A stretch of 62,776 nt of DNA, counting the filler, from Perkinsus olseni (lineage: Eukaryota): assembly GCA_013115125.1 (NCBI GenBank). It is 32 parts of 32 records of this genome, joined end to end, with 100 filler letters (N's around TTAATTAATTAA, not from the genome) between each part and the next. Parts side by side here need not be neighbours in the genome. Positions count along the whole stretch, not along the records: positions 35,855 to 37,711 come from JABANN010001714.1; positions 37,812 to 39,665 come from JABANN010001715.1; positions 39,766 to 41,605 come from JABANN010001716.1; positions 41,706 to 43,543 come from JABANN010001717.1; positions 43,644 to 45,475 come from JABANN010001718.1; positions 45,576 to 47,406 come from JABANN010001719.1; positions 47,507 to 49,335 come from JABANN010001720.1; 25 more parts are not named here. One strand, 5' to 3'. Positions 36,828-48,488 of the stretch are shown here, one piece after another. Positions within the stretch are counted from its first letter, which is position 1. Every line of letters starts with the position of its first letter. Below the pieces are notes generated by a model, which did not search any database, was not told the DNA's origin, and was given only the letters and a program-made list of their open reading frames with translations. A program made the position numbers and the translations under genes.

Positions 36828-37142
36828 CTATCCAATCTTACCTTCGTAGATAGAGTCATAGCGTATCCCATTGCTCGCGAAGCTCGGCGGCGGACGTTCC
36901 TCAATGAGCTTGAGGTTCCGCAAACGAACGGCCATTTCCGATCTCCGACCACTCCGGGAGATCACGATGCGAGCCGAGCGCTCCTCTTCATCCACCTGAG
37001 GCATAGCCACTCTATCTCGCAATGTCATCGGAGATCCTGGACCCCAGTATACATCTAAAACTTCTCCGATAATGCCGTTAAACTGTGGCTTCCGCTCCAG
37101 CCCCTTTATCTTGACAGTATCCCCGCGCCGCAAGAAGGCCAT
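36828..37142 (-). CDS. Small protein with SH3-like beta-barrel motif
   Basis: GDTVKIKGLERKPQFNGIIGEV...MAVRLRNLKLI pattern in a complete 104-aa ORF. Confidence 0.55.
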   Translation of the reverse strand: MAFLRRGDTVKIKGLERKPQFNGIIGEVLDVYWGPGSPMTLRDRVAMPQVDEEERSARIVISRSGRRSEMAVRLRNLKLIEERPPPSFASNGIRYDSIYEGKIG

Positions 37143-38066
37143 TTTGAAAGCAAAGCTGATGATTAGCTGCTGCAGCTAATCACAATACGGCCCCTACTCT
37201 CCCTCGGTAGGACTTGCTCCCGAGGAGACATATCATAAAACCACGAATTGTTAAGTCCAGGAATACTAGTCTGTAATCACTATAACAAGACAATAGCCAT
37301 TCTGATAAGACTCATAAATATCAAACATTACCTTCGGAACAAGTACTACTAGCTCTAGGGGATTTGCCATGTCCCCTGTCATTTGATTGTGTCGGCACAC
37401 AATCAAGTAGTTCCATCATAGTACACTCAGCCTACTGGGCTGAGCCCAGTAAGAAACTCACTATCCCCGAGCGCAGACTCGAGGACAGACACCATTGATA
37501 TATGCACATCATTGCAGATCAACGTCGTCTCCGTAGCGATATCAGGCAAAGCATTCCTCGACGAGGAGTCTTCGTGGTTTCGTCCTGCCGATCCCACCGC
37601 AAGGGACCAACTTCTAGAGACCCCCCGCGTTGTAGCTATAAGCTACTAGCTCTCTGAGGCAGCAAAAGTTTTGCTACATCACTAAGATGGAGTTTTGCTG
37701 CAAAAGCCCTCNNNNNNNNNNNNNNNNNNNNNNNNNNNNNNNNNNNNNNNNNNNNTTAATTAATTAANNNNNNNNNNNNNNNNNNNNNNNNNNNNNNNNN
37801 NNNNNNNNNNNGTTGCAACTTCAGCAACTGCAACTTCATGAAGTTGCAACTGAAACCTTGAAGTTGAATTAGGTGCAAACCCTAAACTGAAAGAGAGATC
37901 GGACCGTAGAGTCCAATCGAGTACAGATCCAATTAGATAATCCTATCGAATCCTTAGAGAATCCAGTAGTTCAATCAATAGAGCTCGCAGAAATAGAACG
38001 AAACCGCCCGTTTCAGATATCTGGGACGCTCGCTTACTTAGTTGCGCGGCAGCACACTCAAATTCT

Positions 38067-38205
38067 GAATGGTCTAAAATCCAAGGAGAATGGTACAAAA
38101 TCCAAGGAGAATGGTACAAAATCCAAGGACTGCCCTTATGTATTCCTCCGGTTCCGGGCTGCCTTGGGTTACAGTTCCGGGATCAGGTTGCCCTGTCGGG
38201 TTCCG
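38067..38205 (+). repeat. Relic of the same repeat family as 22426-22979
   Basis: Three 21-bp units (gaatggtacaaaatccaagga) followed by gggttacagttccgggatcaggttgccctgtc. Confidence 0.8.
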
Positions 38206-38267
38206 CCTTCCAAGGAAGTCGTCGATTTCCTCCTCCATCTACGTGCATCTACGTCCATCTCCATCTC

Positions 38268-38347
38268 CGTCGTCATTCCTTGTTTGATCCTAATTGCTCG
38301 CTAGACGCAAAAGCCCAACTAAGGTCTTGAGCCAAGATGGCTACGGA
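38268..38347 (-). ncRNA. Spliced-leader RNA-like locus (22-nt SL exon 38347-38326), no GT donor; 3' end approximate
   Basis: TCCGTAGCCATCTTGGCTCAAG matches the perkinsid/dinoflagellate SL; downstream TTGGGCT pairs with GGCTCAA; a second stem TTGC..GCAA follows. Confidence 0.8.
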
Positions 38348-39765
38348 TTATATACGGAATAATACTGAGCATGCAACTCATCGCAACACTTTAAATTCGG
38401 CATCATCAACTCGGACAGTTTCACAGCCAGCCGTTTCGGAGCCGTCCCATAGGATATCCAGGGCGCCAGATCTGCGCACGCCACAGACCCTACCTGACGA
38501 CCAGTAATGGCGGGGACGTCGAACACCAGCTGAGACACCAGTAGCGACAGAGATGCGCATCCCAACACGAGAGGGAAGCGGCTCATCTATGAGACTGTCT
38601 TCGGTCTCATCACCTCTTACCATTCCTTCTCTGCGCCAGAAATGTACTACTCTTGGGGCCAGCACAGTGCCCAGTCTGTAGGAAGGACACAGTCTATGTC
38701 CTGCCGTCGAGCTGCTTACCTCGGAAAGAGTTGCGTGGCACGTACGACACCTTCAACTGAGTACAGGAATCATTCAGGAGCTGAATTTGAATGAACGACG
38801 GGAAAAAGGTTGTTGTTGACTTACGCGAAGCCGCACTAACTACACTTAGAGGGACACTGCTCATGGCTGATGCTCAGCCAGCTCCTCTCGTTTTGATGAG
38901 TAGAGAAGCTTCAGCTCAATGTTGTAGACGTTGCTGAGTTGCTTGCTCAGCTCCTTCGGCAGTACTTTCCCGTTTTCGTGTTGCTTCCCTTCCATGGTGA
39001 TGTGAGGATTACTGTACGAAGTAGTCTTTCTAACTTTTCCCTCTTGCCGCTCAGTCATTTTCAAGTGGGGAATTGGTTCTCTCGTCGCAGAATCATCCTT
39101 TCTCATGATGAGAATCTCATTCTAGACCGTATCATAGCTCGAGAAGCTCACAACTTGCTGTTCTTCCCTTATTCCCTTTTCAACCACTAATTTGTAACCG
39201 TTACAAAAGCGCGTTACGCGCGTTACGGACCAGTGAACGCCGAAAAACGCGCCACGCGTTTTTCTTAGTACAGCGCGTTACGCGCTGTGCTACAACTCGG
39301 CAAGTTGAACTTGCAGCCTACAAAGCTTGTAGTACAAGCCATGCAGCACATTTTGGAAACCAAAGTTTGGCCATTATCAACTATCGATGAGCCAGCGAGT
39401 CCACTTCTGTATAAGCGGTCACACAGCGGTTCCTCCATGTTCGCGGCTCAACGAAAACACCGCCTGTTCCTACCTCGGGGAACTTCCGACAACGCGACCG
39501 ACATTCTGCGGTACGAAAGGTTACATAAGTTCCTAAACTGTGCAAAACTCAACACACTGTGATCGGTCTGTCAGACCGAGCCTATTGTAACTCTTACAGG
39601 GTGTTCCAATTCGATATGCAAATCACAAAAATCAGTCTAATTCAGCACATACTACGTGTTTGAGGNNNNNNNNNNNNNNNNNNNNNNNNNNNNNNNNNNN
39701 NNNNNNNNNTTAATTAATTAANNNNNNNNNNNNNNNNNNNNNNNNNNNNNNNNNNNNNNNNNNNN

Positions 39766-40249
39766 GACCCGCTCGAGCGGAGATCCGCAAGGCTCGTCCG
39801 CAGTCCATCACCAGTTTGTGTGAGCTGTTGTCCCGGTATGTTGCCGACAAATCTGGTAATCTGCTATTGGTGCGGTAGCTCCATTAACTCCGACCGATGT
39901 ACCTGACCCTACCAAGGATATGATGAATAAGTTCGCCGAGCTTATCGAAGGAGTTCAAGAGACTCAGACTCGACAAATGGAACGAGTATGTGCTATGTTG
40001 GGTACTATCGCTAAGGACATCAGCACTCCGGCCAAGGCCATCGTACAACCCCAACCGCCTACTAATCCTAGGCAGTTCCGTAAGGTCAAACGGTGTGGTA
40101 TTTGTAGCGGACCACATTGGACTATGGAGTGTAACTTTAAGAAGTTCGATAAGGGGTGTGCGCTGTGTAGCGACGAGTCACATCTAGCCCGTAACTGTCC
40201 CCTACGTGCTCAGATTGTGAATTCTCTGACCGCGGGTCAGGGAAACTAG
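39766..40249 (+). mobile_element. Ty3/Gypsy-like gag 3' end (apparent indel near 39860)
   Basis: CGICSGPHWTMEC and CALCSDESHLARNC knuckles; ends QGN*. Confidence 0.85.
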
Positions 40250-40280
40250 ATGTTCGGCCGGACTGTGGCGACCGGTCGAA
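40240..40280 (+). promoter_or_regulatory. -1 programmed ribosomal frameshift signal
   Basis: G_GGA_AAC heptamer at 40240-40246, 6-nt spacer, 9-bp stem TTCGGCCGG/CCGGTCGAA; the -1 frame is open into the protease. Confidence 0.88.
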
Positions 40281-41605
40281 GGATGTCCTATCCCTATGGA
40301 CTCATGGTGAGTCTACCGGCAGTTTTATTTATGCCCGCCTATCTATACCTAATTCGATTTCTCCGGTCATGAAGGCTCTCATCGATGGTGGTGCTCGCAT
40401 CACCGTCGTACGTCGTAAATTTTTGCCGACCGGTACGATATTGACTCCTACTCTAACTAATGCGGGTAGTGCTGATCCTAATGGCGTTATACCGTTGTTG
40501 GGCTCAGCTACTGTACGATTGCATTTGTATGATTCCCCTAGCGGATCTTCCGGTCAACCGCCGCCGGTCGGAGATCCTTGTATGAGTTTTGATTTTATGG
40601 TTTATGTCGTCGAAGACCTGATATGCGATATGCTTCTGGGATTTGATTTCTTGTGGCATTTTGGTCTTAGCCTTCAGATGGAAGACGAAGGGGTTCGGGT
40701 TGTTTGTACTCGCCGACCGCTGACTCCTGTTGCGAGTGCGATACCCGTAATGCGCAACCCCACCCCTACTGTTCTTCCGTATTTGGCCTTATCTTCCTGT
40801 GCTTCTAGCTCCGGTGCTGACCGTTCTGTACTTAATCGGTCAGCCATGACTACTTCCTGTACGGCGACTACGGTATCCCTGACCTCTACTGAGCAAGCCA
40901 TGGTGCGTGATGTGGCTGGTGCTGAAGCCTCTGTGCTACGAGATTCTGCCGTCCAAGCTGACCTTATGACTGACCGTTCAGTTCAAACTGACCCGGTGCA
41001 TCCTCCTCAACGCCGTGCTGATTCCGTTCCGCCCTCTGATGGCGATACTGCTCTTCGACGCCAAGACTCTCTCAAACGGTGCCACGGTAACGTTGATGAT
41101 AATCTGAATGACTGCCCTGCTGCTCCCGAGGACTGGGGTGACCCTGAGAAGAACACGGTTCCTCTTACGGAAGCGCCTATTCGAGCACTATATCCCCCAG
41201 TAGCCCGACCCTCTGAACTGCCTGCCTCCGTTAACTGCAATGAGCTGACCGACCCTGGCTTCACTTCGACTGACTGGGGTGAACCTGAGCGGACCGTAGT
41301 ACCGCACACGGAAGCGCCTATTTTAGCACTAAATCCCCCGGTCTCTTACGCCCCGTACGATGATCCCAAGGTTGGTCACTACACTGACTTTAAGCCGTGG
41401 CCCGATGCTGATGGTTTCGTCGAGGACGAGTTCGCCGATGACGATATAGGAGGCGACTTGGATAATTACGCTATCCCGAAGCTACCTGGTCCTGATGATC
41501 CTGTTTATGTCATGCCGGATATCCCAACCGTTGAGAAGCCCGAGCTGAAGCCCGTTGCGGATCTGTGCGACCAGTTTAAGGAACTCTTCCGCAGCAAGCT
41601 CGGTC
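40243..41605 (+). mobile_element. Ty3/Gypsy-like pol N-terminus (protease and spacer)
   Basis: ALIDGGA, DMLLGFDFL, LCDQFKELFRSKLG; internal duplication DWG(D/E)PE..VP.TEAPI.AL.PPV. Confidence 0.85.
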
Positions 41606-41910
41606 NNNNNNNNNNNNNNNNNNNNNNNNNNNNNNNNNNNNNNNNNNNNTTAATTAATTAANNNNNNNNNNNNNNNNNNNNNNNNNNNNNNNNNNNNNNN
41701 NNNNNGGTAAACCCATGAATCCACTAATCTTCTTCTACTTCTCACTCCTATCCTTTTCGCGCTCCCACGTTCCATCCCGTCAGCTATTGCCGCCGTTGCC
41801 GAGCAGTTGCCCTTATGACCCTCTTCCCTAACCTCCCTCTGCTCTTCCTCTCCTCTGCCTCTATAGTTGCAGCTCTGAGGAGTTCTGCACAGACGCCGGT
41901 ACCTGAGCCG

Positions 41911-43543
41911 ATGGAGCCCGATGAGGTTCAGCGTCTCTCGGAGCTCAAGGCTAAGGGGGTAGGCCATGACCACTATGCAAGTGGTCGCCGCCTGGTCTGA
42001 ATTCGTCCAACCAATTCCGACTTCCCTGGTAGCGGCGGCTGTTACTGTCCCCTTTGCAGATATCGGTTGAGCCTAGGTTCCTAGGCTGCCGGATCGTGCA
42101 GTCGGACCCTCTCCCCAGGATGACCTTCACGATCTCCGTCCATGGTGACGTCATCGATACTGAATTTGAGGATATCGAGAGGAATGCAAAGTGCTATGTG
42201 TAGGGGCTTTGATGGGCTACTCTAGTCGCCTCTTCATCGCGGTTCCTCGTCTCAGTTTTGAGAGCTTCAAGGCAATTGTGTGGAGTGACGTTGATGGCAC
42301 TTACCGAGCAGAGCCCGTGAAGAAGGCCGATTGGAAGGAGCTGAAGAATTCATACTTACTGCCGTTCGGGGATCTCCCGAGAGCAGCTTTGAGGGTCATT
42401 CAGCAGAACACCCCGAAGCAGGGCAAGAACACTCCCAAACGGCTGAGACAACTCAACACTGATGCCCAATGCCTGCGTATTGTTGAGACCATCATGGCTC
42501 ACCCTCCGCTCGGACATGATCGTGGCAGCACCCAATGGATCTACAACTTTTATCGTGATAATGGGAATAGAATCAAGAGGAAGATAAGGATACTACAGAA
42601 CCCCCGATTGGCTGGCCAATTGTTCGATGAGGATGAGGAGTACAAGACCGACTCATGCAGCGAGTGCGGTTTTTCGGCGGCGGCCGCTGCAGAGCCAGCA
42701 CGTTCAGACTCGCCTCCACGTTCTGGCGATTCTCAAGCCCGGCCTCCATCAACCTCATCACAAGCTTCGACGCAGCCGCTCTCGTACGTGCTACTACGAT
42801 CAGACTGTCGGATCTGATTCTTCCGGTCACTTTGTCCACATTCTTCTGCAGGTACCATCAGCCGGCATCATCATCAGCCAGCTCGAGCGAAGTTGGCGAG
42901 TCCACCCATATCTCTGCCCTCAAGGCTAGAGGGGTAGTAAGCCCACTCATCGCGCTCATACTACTGTGCCGTACCACACGCTCGGATCTTCGGCCAATAC
43001 GTGACAAGCCTGGCGTGACCGCCATGCCGAGCCTGTATCGTCTGCTATAGGGCGGTCGTGAAACGCAAACTTGGCTCGGTTATTGTCTCGTGATTGCCTC
43101 CCTTGGCAGATATCGATCTACCCTAGATTTCTCGGCTGCCGTATTGCACAGTCGGATCCTCTCCCAAAGATGAACTTCACGATCTCCATCTATGGCGACG
43201 TCTTCGATACACAATTTGAGGATATCGAGAGGGATGCGAGATGCTTTTTGTAAGGCGGCTCAGAGTTGTGATGAGCATCGTACTCATTTCTTGCTCTCAG
43301 CTGGAAGAGCTTCGATACCGTGGTATGGGGCGACAAGGATAGTACTCATCGAGCGGGGGATATGGAAGAGACGGACTGGGCAGATCTCGAGCACCTTGGC
43401 TTACTGCCTTTGGCGCACCTGTCTAGGGAGGACCAGGAAACCATACAGAATAGCACTTTCAAGCAGGACAAAAACACCCCTAAGATATTGAAGAAGCTGA
43501 ACACTGAGTCCCAATGTCTCCGTATTGTTGAGACCATCATGGC
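41911..43543 (+). CDS. Two tandem paralogous multi-exon genes of unknown function (period ~1070 bp)
   Basis: Shared exons IS..PRFLGCRI.QSDPLP.M.FTIS..GDV.DT.FEDIER.A.C and KNTPK.L..LNT..QCLRIVETIM, with introns at equivalent positions. Confidence 0.7.
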
Positions 43544-44466
43544 NNNNNNNNNNNNNNNNNNNNNNNNNNNNNNNNNNNNNNNNNNNNTTAATTAATTAAN
43601 NNNNNNNNNNNNNNNNNNNNNNNNNNNNNNNNNNNNNNNNNNNATAGGATACTTCAAGTCGCGTTTGGCAGTGGGTTCAAGTGTAACTCCATGGTTTGGC
43701 TTTGCCTTCGCAACTAGTGACCATCACTAGTGGAAAAAGGCTTCTTATTTTTCGCTGTCTCTTTCGTACCCCTATGTTATGGTCGGAACGTTTGTCATTG
43801 GATTTTTCTGAAGAATATAGACAGCAATTTTCCCTGAGCTAACTTTTCGAGTTGTCTGTCGATGTAAGTGTAAGTTCGTCTACCCTCAGCTGATAAGCAC
43901 GCCAAAAAACACCATCATATTTTATTGGTCTGCATAAATGAGGGCTTGAACAAGGCAGTTCGAGCATGACCAGTACAGCACCTCTCCATGAGGTACAGAA
44001 GTTCTCTAGAGAATTCCTATCGAGAAGGATCATGGGGAGCTCGGGTTCTTTTGTGCCTCCTAGGCTCGAACCTCACTGGCGCGCTCGTCTTGATTAAATG
44101 CACGCACGCACACGGGCCCGTCCCCACTCACGGCTTCTGACAAAAAAGTAGAGTTTCTGTGAAACGATCGGAAACCCTTTCGATGCACTGTATGGTAAAC
44201 CGCTCCACCACGGTCCCCAAGCAGGATGGGAGGTGCTCTCCTCGGCGTTTATGGTAGCGGTCTACCCTTTTCTGTTGATGTCACAAGTCGCCGACTTGAA
44301 GTCGGTGTGGTATCTTATGAGAGGCTGGCTTAGCTACTGACACAAAGAATGTCCCCCTTCTTTTGCTGGCGGGCCCTGGTCGGGGTCATCGGGTGTCTTC
44401 GTGCCAATACTAGTACTCTTCCATTCTAGAGAGATTTTTCCTTTCCCTAACTCGCCCTTGGTCACA

Positions 44467-45475
44467 ATGCCCTCGGTCGCCGCCGACTCGAAAATCGCTG
44501 AAGAGAAAAAAAGCTCTGCTCTCCCTGAAGCTGTGGAGCCGACTTCGTCTGTTCCCTTCCAGGATAAAGTTGCCTGGAGTATACGTGTGAGGGATTACAT
44601 CACAGTAGCTTGCCATAGGTAAGGCTTGCGAGTCCGCATGACCACAAAGTGCCATCTGGCCCTTCACGCAGGTATCAACTGTTGTCGGCATTCATGATGG
44701 CGTTGGTTGCTGTTCTGATGGCCTACCTCATCCACGGCGATGCATTCGGGTGGTTGCAGCAGAACAGTAGGCGTCGAAGGGCTCCTCACAATTCCGTCGT
44801 ATTACCGGTCCTGTCAGGTACACTGGCTGCCTCGGTTGCCATCTTTGCGTTGGTCACTCAACGTTATTTCTTTTCTACGAGGAGTGTCTACTGTATCGAC
44901 CACTGCGAGTTCAACCCACCTGATGAGTGGAAAGTGTCTCGTGCCGATATTGTCAAAATTCTCTCCACCGATAAGAACCTGACCCCGGAAAGTCTTGCTT
45001 TCCTGGAAAGGCTTCTGTCTAAGTCGGGGACCAGCGACCACACAGCGTGGCCACCAAATCTCGTACGGACCAAATGTTACTTCCCAGCCGGCCGACGTCG
45101 AGACGTTACCCTGTGGTAGGTCAAAAGCCTCAAAACTGGCGAGCGTTGGTCGGCTACCTTGGAAGATGCTCGTGAGGAAGCCGGAGCGGCCATGGGCGGT
45201 GCCCTACAAGGTCTGATGGAGAAGACAGGCATCACGGCTAAGGACATCGATGTAGGTCGAGATCACTACATTGAGGGTATCCTGTTGCTTCTTGCTTTAC
45301 TTTCGGAGGGTCCATTGAAATCCGTTGCCATTGTGTGATCGTCAGGTTCTCATCGTCAACTGCTCCCTCCTGTCTCCTACCCCGTCCCTCTGTGCTCTAC
45401 TCGTTAATAAATTCGGCATGCGCAGTGACGTCCTAACCTACAACCTCTCAGGTAGGGATGCTGGACGAACAGCGC
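44467..45475 (+). CDS. 3-ketoacyl-CoA synthase (FAE1/KCS-type elongase), 5' exons
   Basis: Two TM segments, [76 protein letters not shown] introns. Confidence 0.92.
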
Positions 45476-46102
45476 NNNNNNNNNNNNNNNNNNNNNNNNN
45501 NNNNNNNNNNNNNNNNNNNTTAATTAATTAANNNNNNNNNNNNNNNNNNNNNNNNNNNNNNNNNNNNNNNNNNNNTAACTATAACGGTTTTATGAGTTGA
45601 ATCTCCTCATTGGTCCACTGTTGGGTTACTTTAACCACTGGGCCTTCACCACATCCAACTTGCTAATGTCGTCTTATCAAAGTTGTGCCCTATTTCTACG
45701 ACGCTATACCCGCTGATCGTCTAGATACTTTGATTGTCTAGGCGTAGTGACTTAACTTCTCGTGTGGTGCCAGTGTTCACAAGTGGTACTCTGATGTGGT
45801 CAGTTGACCGCAGGCATCGTTCGCTACTAGCGAATCGCCAGAACACAGTTCCAGGGAAGATCACCGAGATCTTCTCTTCTGTCCACCGTTCAGAAGTCGG
45901 GGGCTTATTGAGCACTAAAGTAGGCGTGGCCTGGGCCTTCAGTGGTGTCGAGTGTGATTGACATGAGTAGGTAGTTTCATTCTTTCCTCACGTTCTCTCG
46001 GAAATCACATTCAACTCACCTCGTCCATGGTCACCGTGTCTGACAGCTTAATTGGTCCACTAAACCCAGTAGACTAACACAGAGCATTTCGCTTCGAAAA
46101 AG

Positions 46103-47295
46103 TTATGAAGCGAGTGGAAGGAAATTCGCCGCAAGCATGCAACGGGCACTTCCCCCCGATATCTCGATCGTCCTCAGAGGCACCGGCACGACCTCAACGT
46201 ACTTACCGAGAATGGCGAGTTGGAGTTCAGTCAGTGAAGAGAATGCTGTTTCCGAGAGCACCAGCCGATGCACCCCATCACAGCCTCGGAGCTCAAAGGC
46301 GTTCCCAGCGAAGTTATCCACTTGGCTTAAAGACAGCGGTATGATCTCCTTCCCTGTATCCATCAATTTCGTTTGCAGTCGAGCTTTGTCTTCCTCGTCT
46401 TTCACAGAGTCCAAGCCCACCAGCGCGAAATCGGTTCCCACAGTGAGCATGACATTAGTGTGGTAGATAGGGACATCTCTGGCGTCGAGTGCAGAGAACG
46501 ATACAACCTCGTAGTCAGGGAAACGACTGCCCCACTGAGCCAAACCCTCGCTGGTTGCTCTCTGCGAGAGAGCTACGTATACCACTCGGTTTGGACAATC
46601 GAAGACCAACGCACCTGTCCCTTCTAAAAACGACCCTGTTTCTTCCAATCTAGTAAAGTCCACGGATCGTTTGACGTTGTAGCCCAGCCACTGTAGCTGA
46701 GCTAGTAACCTGTTTAGTAGCCGGCGTTCTAGACGACGGGTGGGAGCGAGCATGGGGTAGATGACAAACGTACCATCAGCATGAGTAGTGAACCAGTTAT
46801 TAGGGAAGATGGCATCGGGCTTCGGAGGCCGTGCGACGTCCTGCAATACAGTTACTTCAACCTGAAATGGCTCAACAGTTGTCGACTCAACTGAACCGCT
46901 GGAGAATTGAATGCCTAGCCTCCTTCGAGCTGAATCAGACCCTGAATAATCTACGGTCGGCCCGAACCACGCGAGAGCGCGGTGAATACGGCGATCCTTC
47001 TACCCTAGGGCGCGGTGAATACGGCGATCCCTCTACGCTAGGGCGCGCTGACTAGCGACACGCAAGGCACATTTGCACCATCGAGTCGTTACAACAATGA
47101 GTCGAGGCTTAACTTAACAGTATCCCGCAGAATACTGACGAAGTTGTCGAACTCTCCTTGGGCCTTCAGAAGGAGATCTTCCTGGTCCATCCCAACTGCG
47201 GTCTGGAACGCGTTGTCAGCTGCCGTCTCAGGGTTCGAATAGAATACCGCCGGGCGAACCATGATGACCGCCGAGGGTGATTGTTGGCAAGACAT
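46103..47295 (-). CDS. Amidinotransferase/pentein-fold hydrolase (CtlX-like citrulline/arginine utilization family)
   Basis: VIMVRPAVFYSNPETAADNAFQ, PDAIFPNNWF, YPMLAPTRRLERR, FLEGTGALVFD, IYHTNVML, FAGNAFEL, GGSARCMLA; interrupted at about 47115-46860. Confidence 0.88.
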
Positions 47296-48488
47296 GTTAC
47301 GAAAAATACTGCAAGAGGCTCCGAGACCGTCGCCCCACATCCGTACGTATCAACATCCGTACGTATCCACATCTGTACGTACAAATCGTCGCGCGCCACA
47401 AAAAGGNNNNNNNNNNNNNNNNNNNNNNNNNNNNNNNNNNNNNNNNNNNNTTAATTAATTAANNNNNNNNNNNNNNNNNNNNNNNNNNNNNNNNNNNNNN
47501 NNNNNNCTTCCCACTAAGGCCATAGAGGAAGGGGATGTCACTGGAGGAGGTCGGACTCTGGGGAGTGTCGTCAGAGGGGGTCTTTTGATGTTTCCTCTTC
47601 CATAGAGCCTCCGAGGGTTTCTTCTTGGATTTAGCCCCGCCGAGGAGCTTCCCCTTCGCTCCATCGTAGACCTTCATCTTTGATGTATCCTCGGGGTTCT
47701 TCTCCTCTGTTTGGGCCTTAGCGCGGGGTTTCATTGCCGGTGGCTCCCCATAACGTTTCTCGTGCGAAAGAGGTTCATCACGGTCACCTTTTTTCGTTGA
47801 AGCCTCGTTGCCTGTGTCCTCCTTGGATGGAGCCTTGTTGTCTACGTTCCCTGGACCCTCGTCGCCAGGTTTCTGCGTTTCTGCGCACTTGAAAGGAATG
47901 GGTGGCCCTGATAACAGTGAATCCTTAAAACGGTGAAACGGAAAAAATCGCTCAGGAGGCCTATAAAAAGTGAAGACACCAGCGCGCGCCTCAGGCGCGC
48001 GCTTAGAAAATATAAGACATGACGGATGGCACGATCACACAGGTGATTTCATGGATGAATTGGCGTAATAGTCAGGATCCCGGGTTAGTATTCGGATGGG
48101 CGCAGGTTCTACCCAAGAGGCTGAACATATAAATTACATATGTTACTTCGCATAGTTTCGTAGTGGGATAATCCCACGGAGATACTCACTTGTTTTCAGC
48201 GATATCTTGGGTATTGTTTGATCTACCTTATCTATCGAAAGGTTACTTTGGAATGGTCGTGAGTGCGATTACGAGGGCTGCCACTGTCAGATACGGTATG
48301 TTGTACTGTCCGATTACGAGTATATTTGGATCGTGGAGTTGTTCGACCCATATTTATCTCTCACTAATTCCAACTCAACAAAGTTTTTTCACGAAAGGAT
48401 AGCAGGAGAGTAGCATCACTTCGCAAAAAGTTCTTACTGAAAACGACCTACTGAAGCGAATAAAAAACTTAGTAAAGTGGGATGGAAT

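Noticed and set aside
41977-42059. GC-AG intron (GCAAGT donor)
   Set aside because: A canonical GTAGGC donor at 41959 gives the same phase; cannot be decided without RNA data.
45576-45588. TAACTATAACGGT resembling the I-CeuI / LSU rRNA site
   Set aside because: Only 13 nt match and the continuation is not rRNA; it is part of the repeat shared with 33719-33791.
46977-47045. GCGCGGTGAATACG similar to a 16S rRNA motif
   Set aside because: A short match inside a 33-bp tandem duplication in an intron, with no rRNA context.
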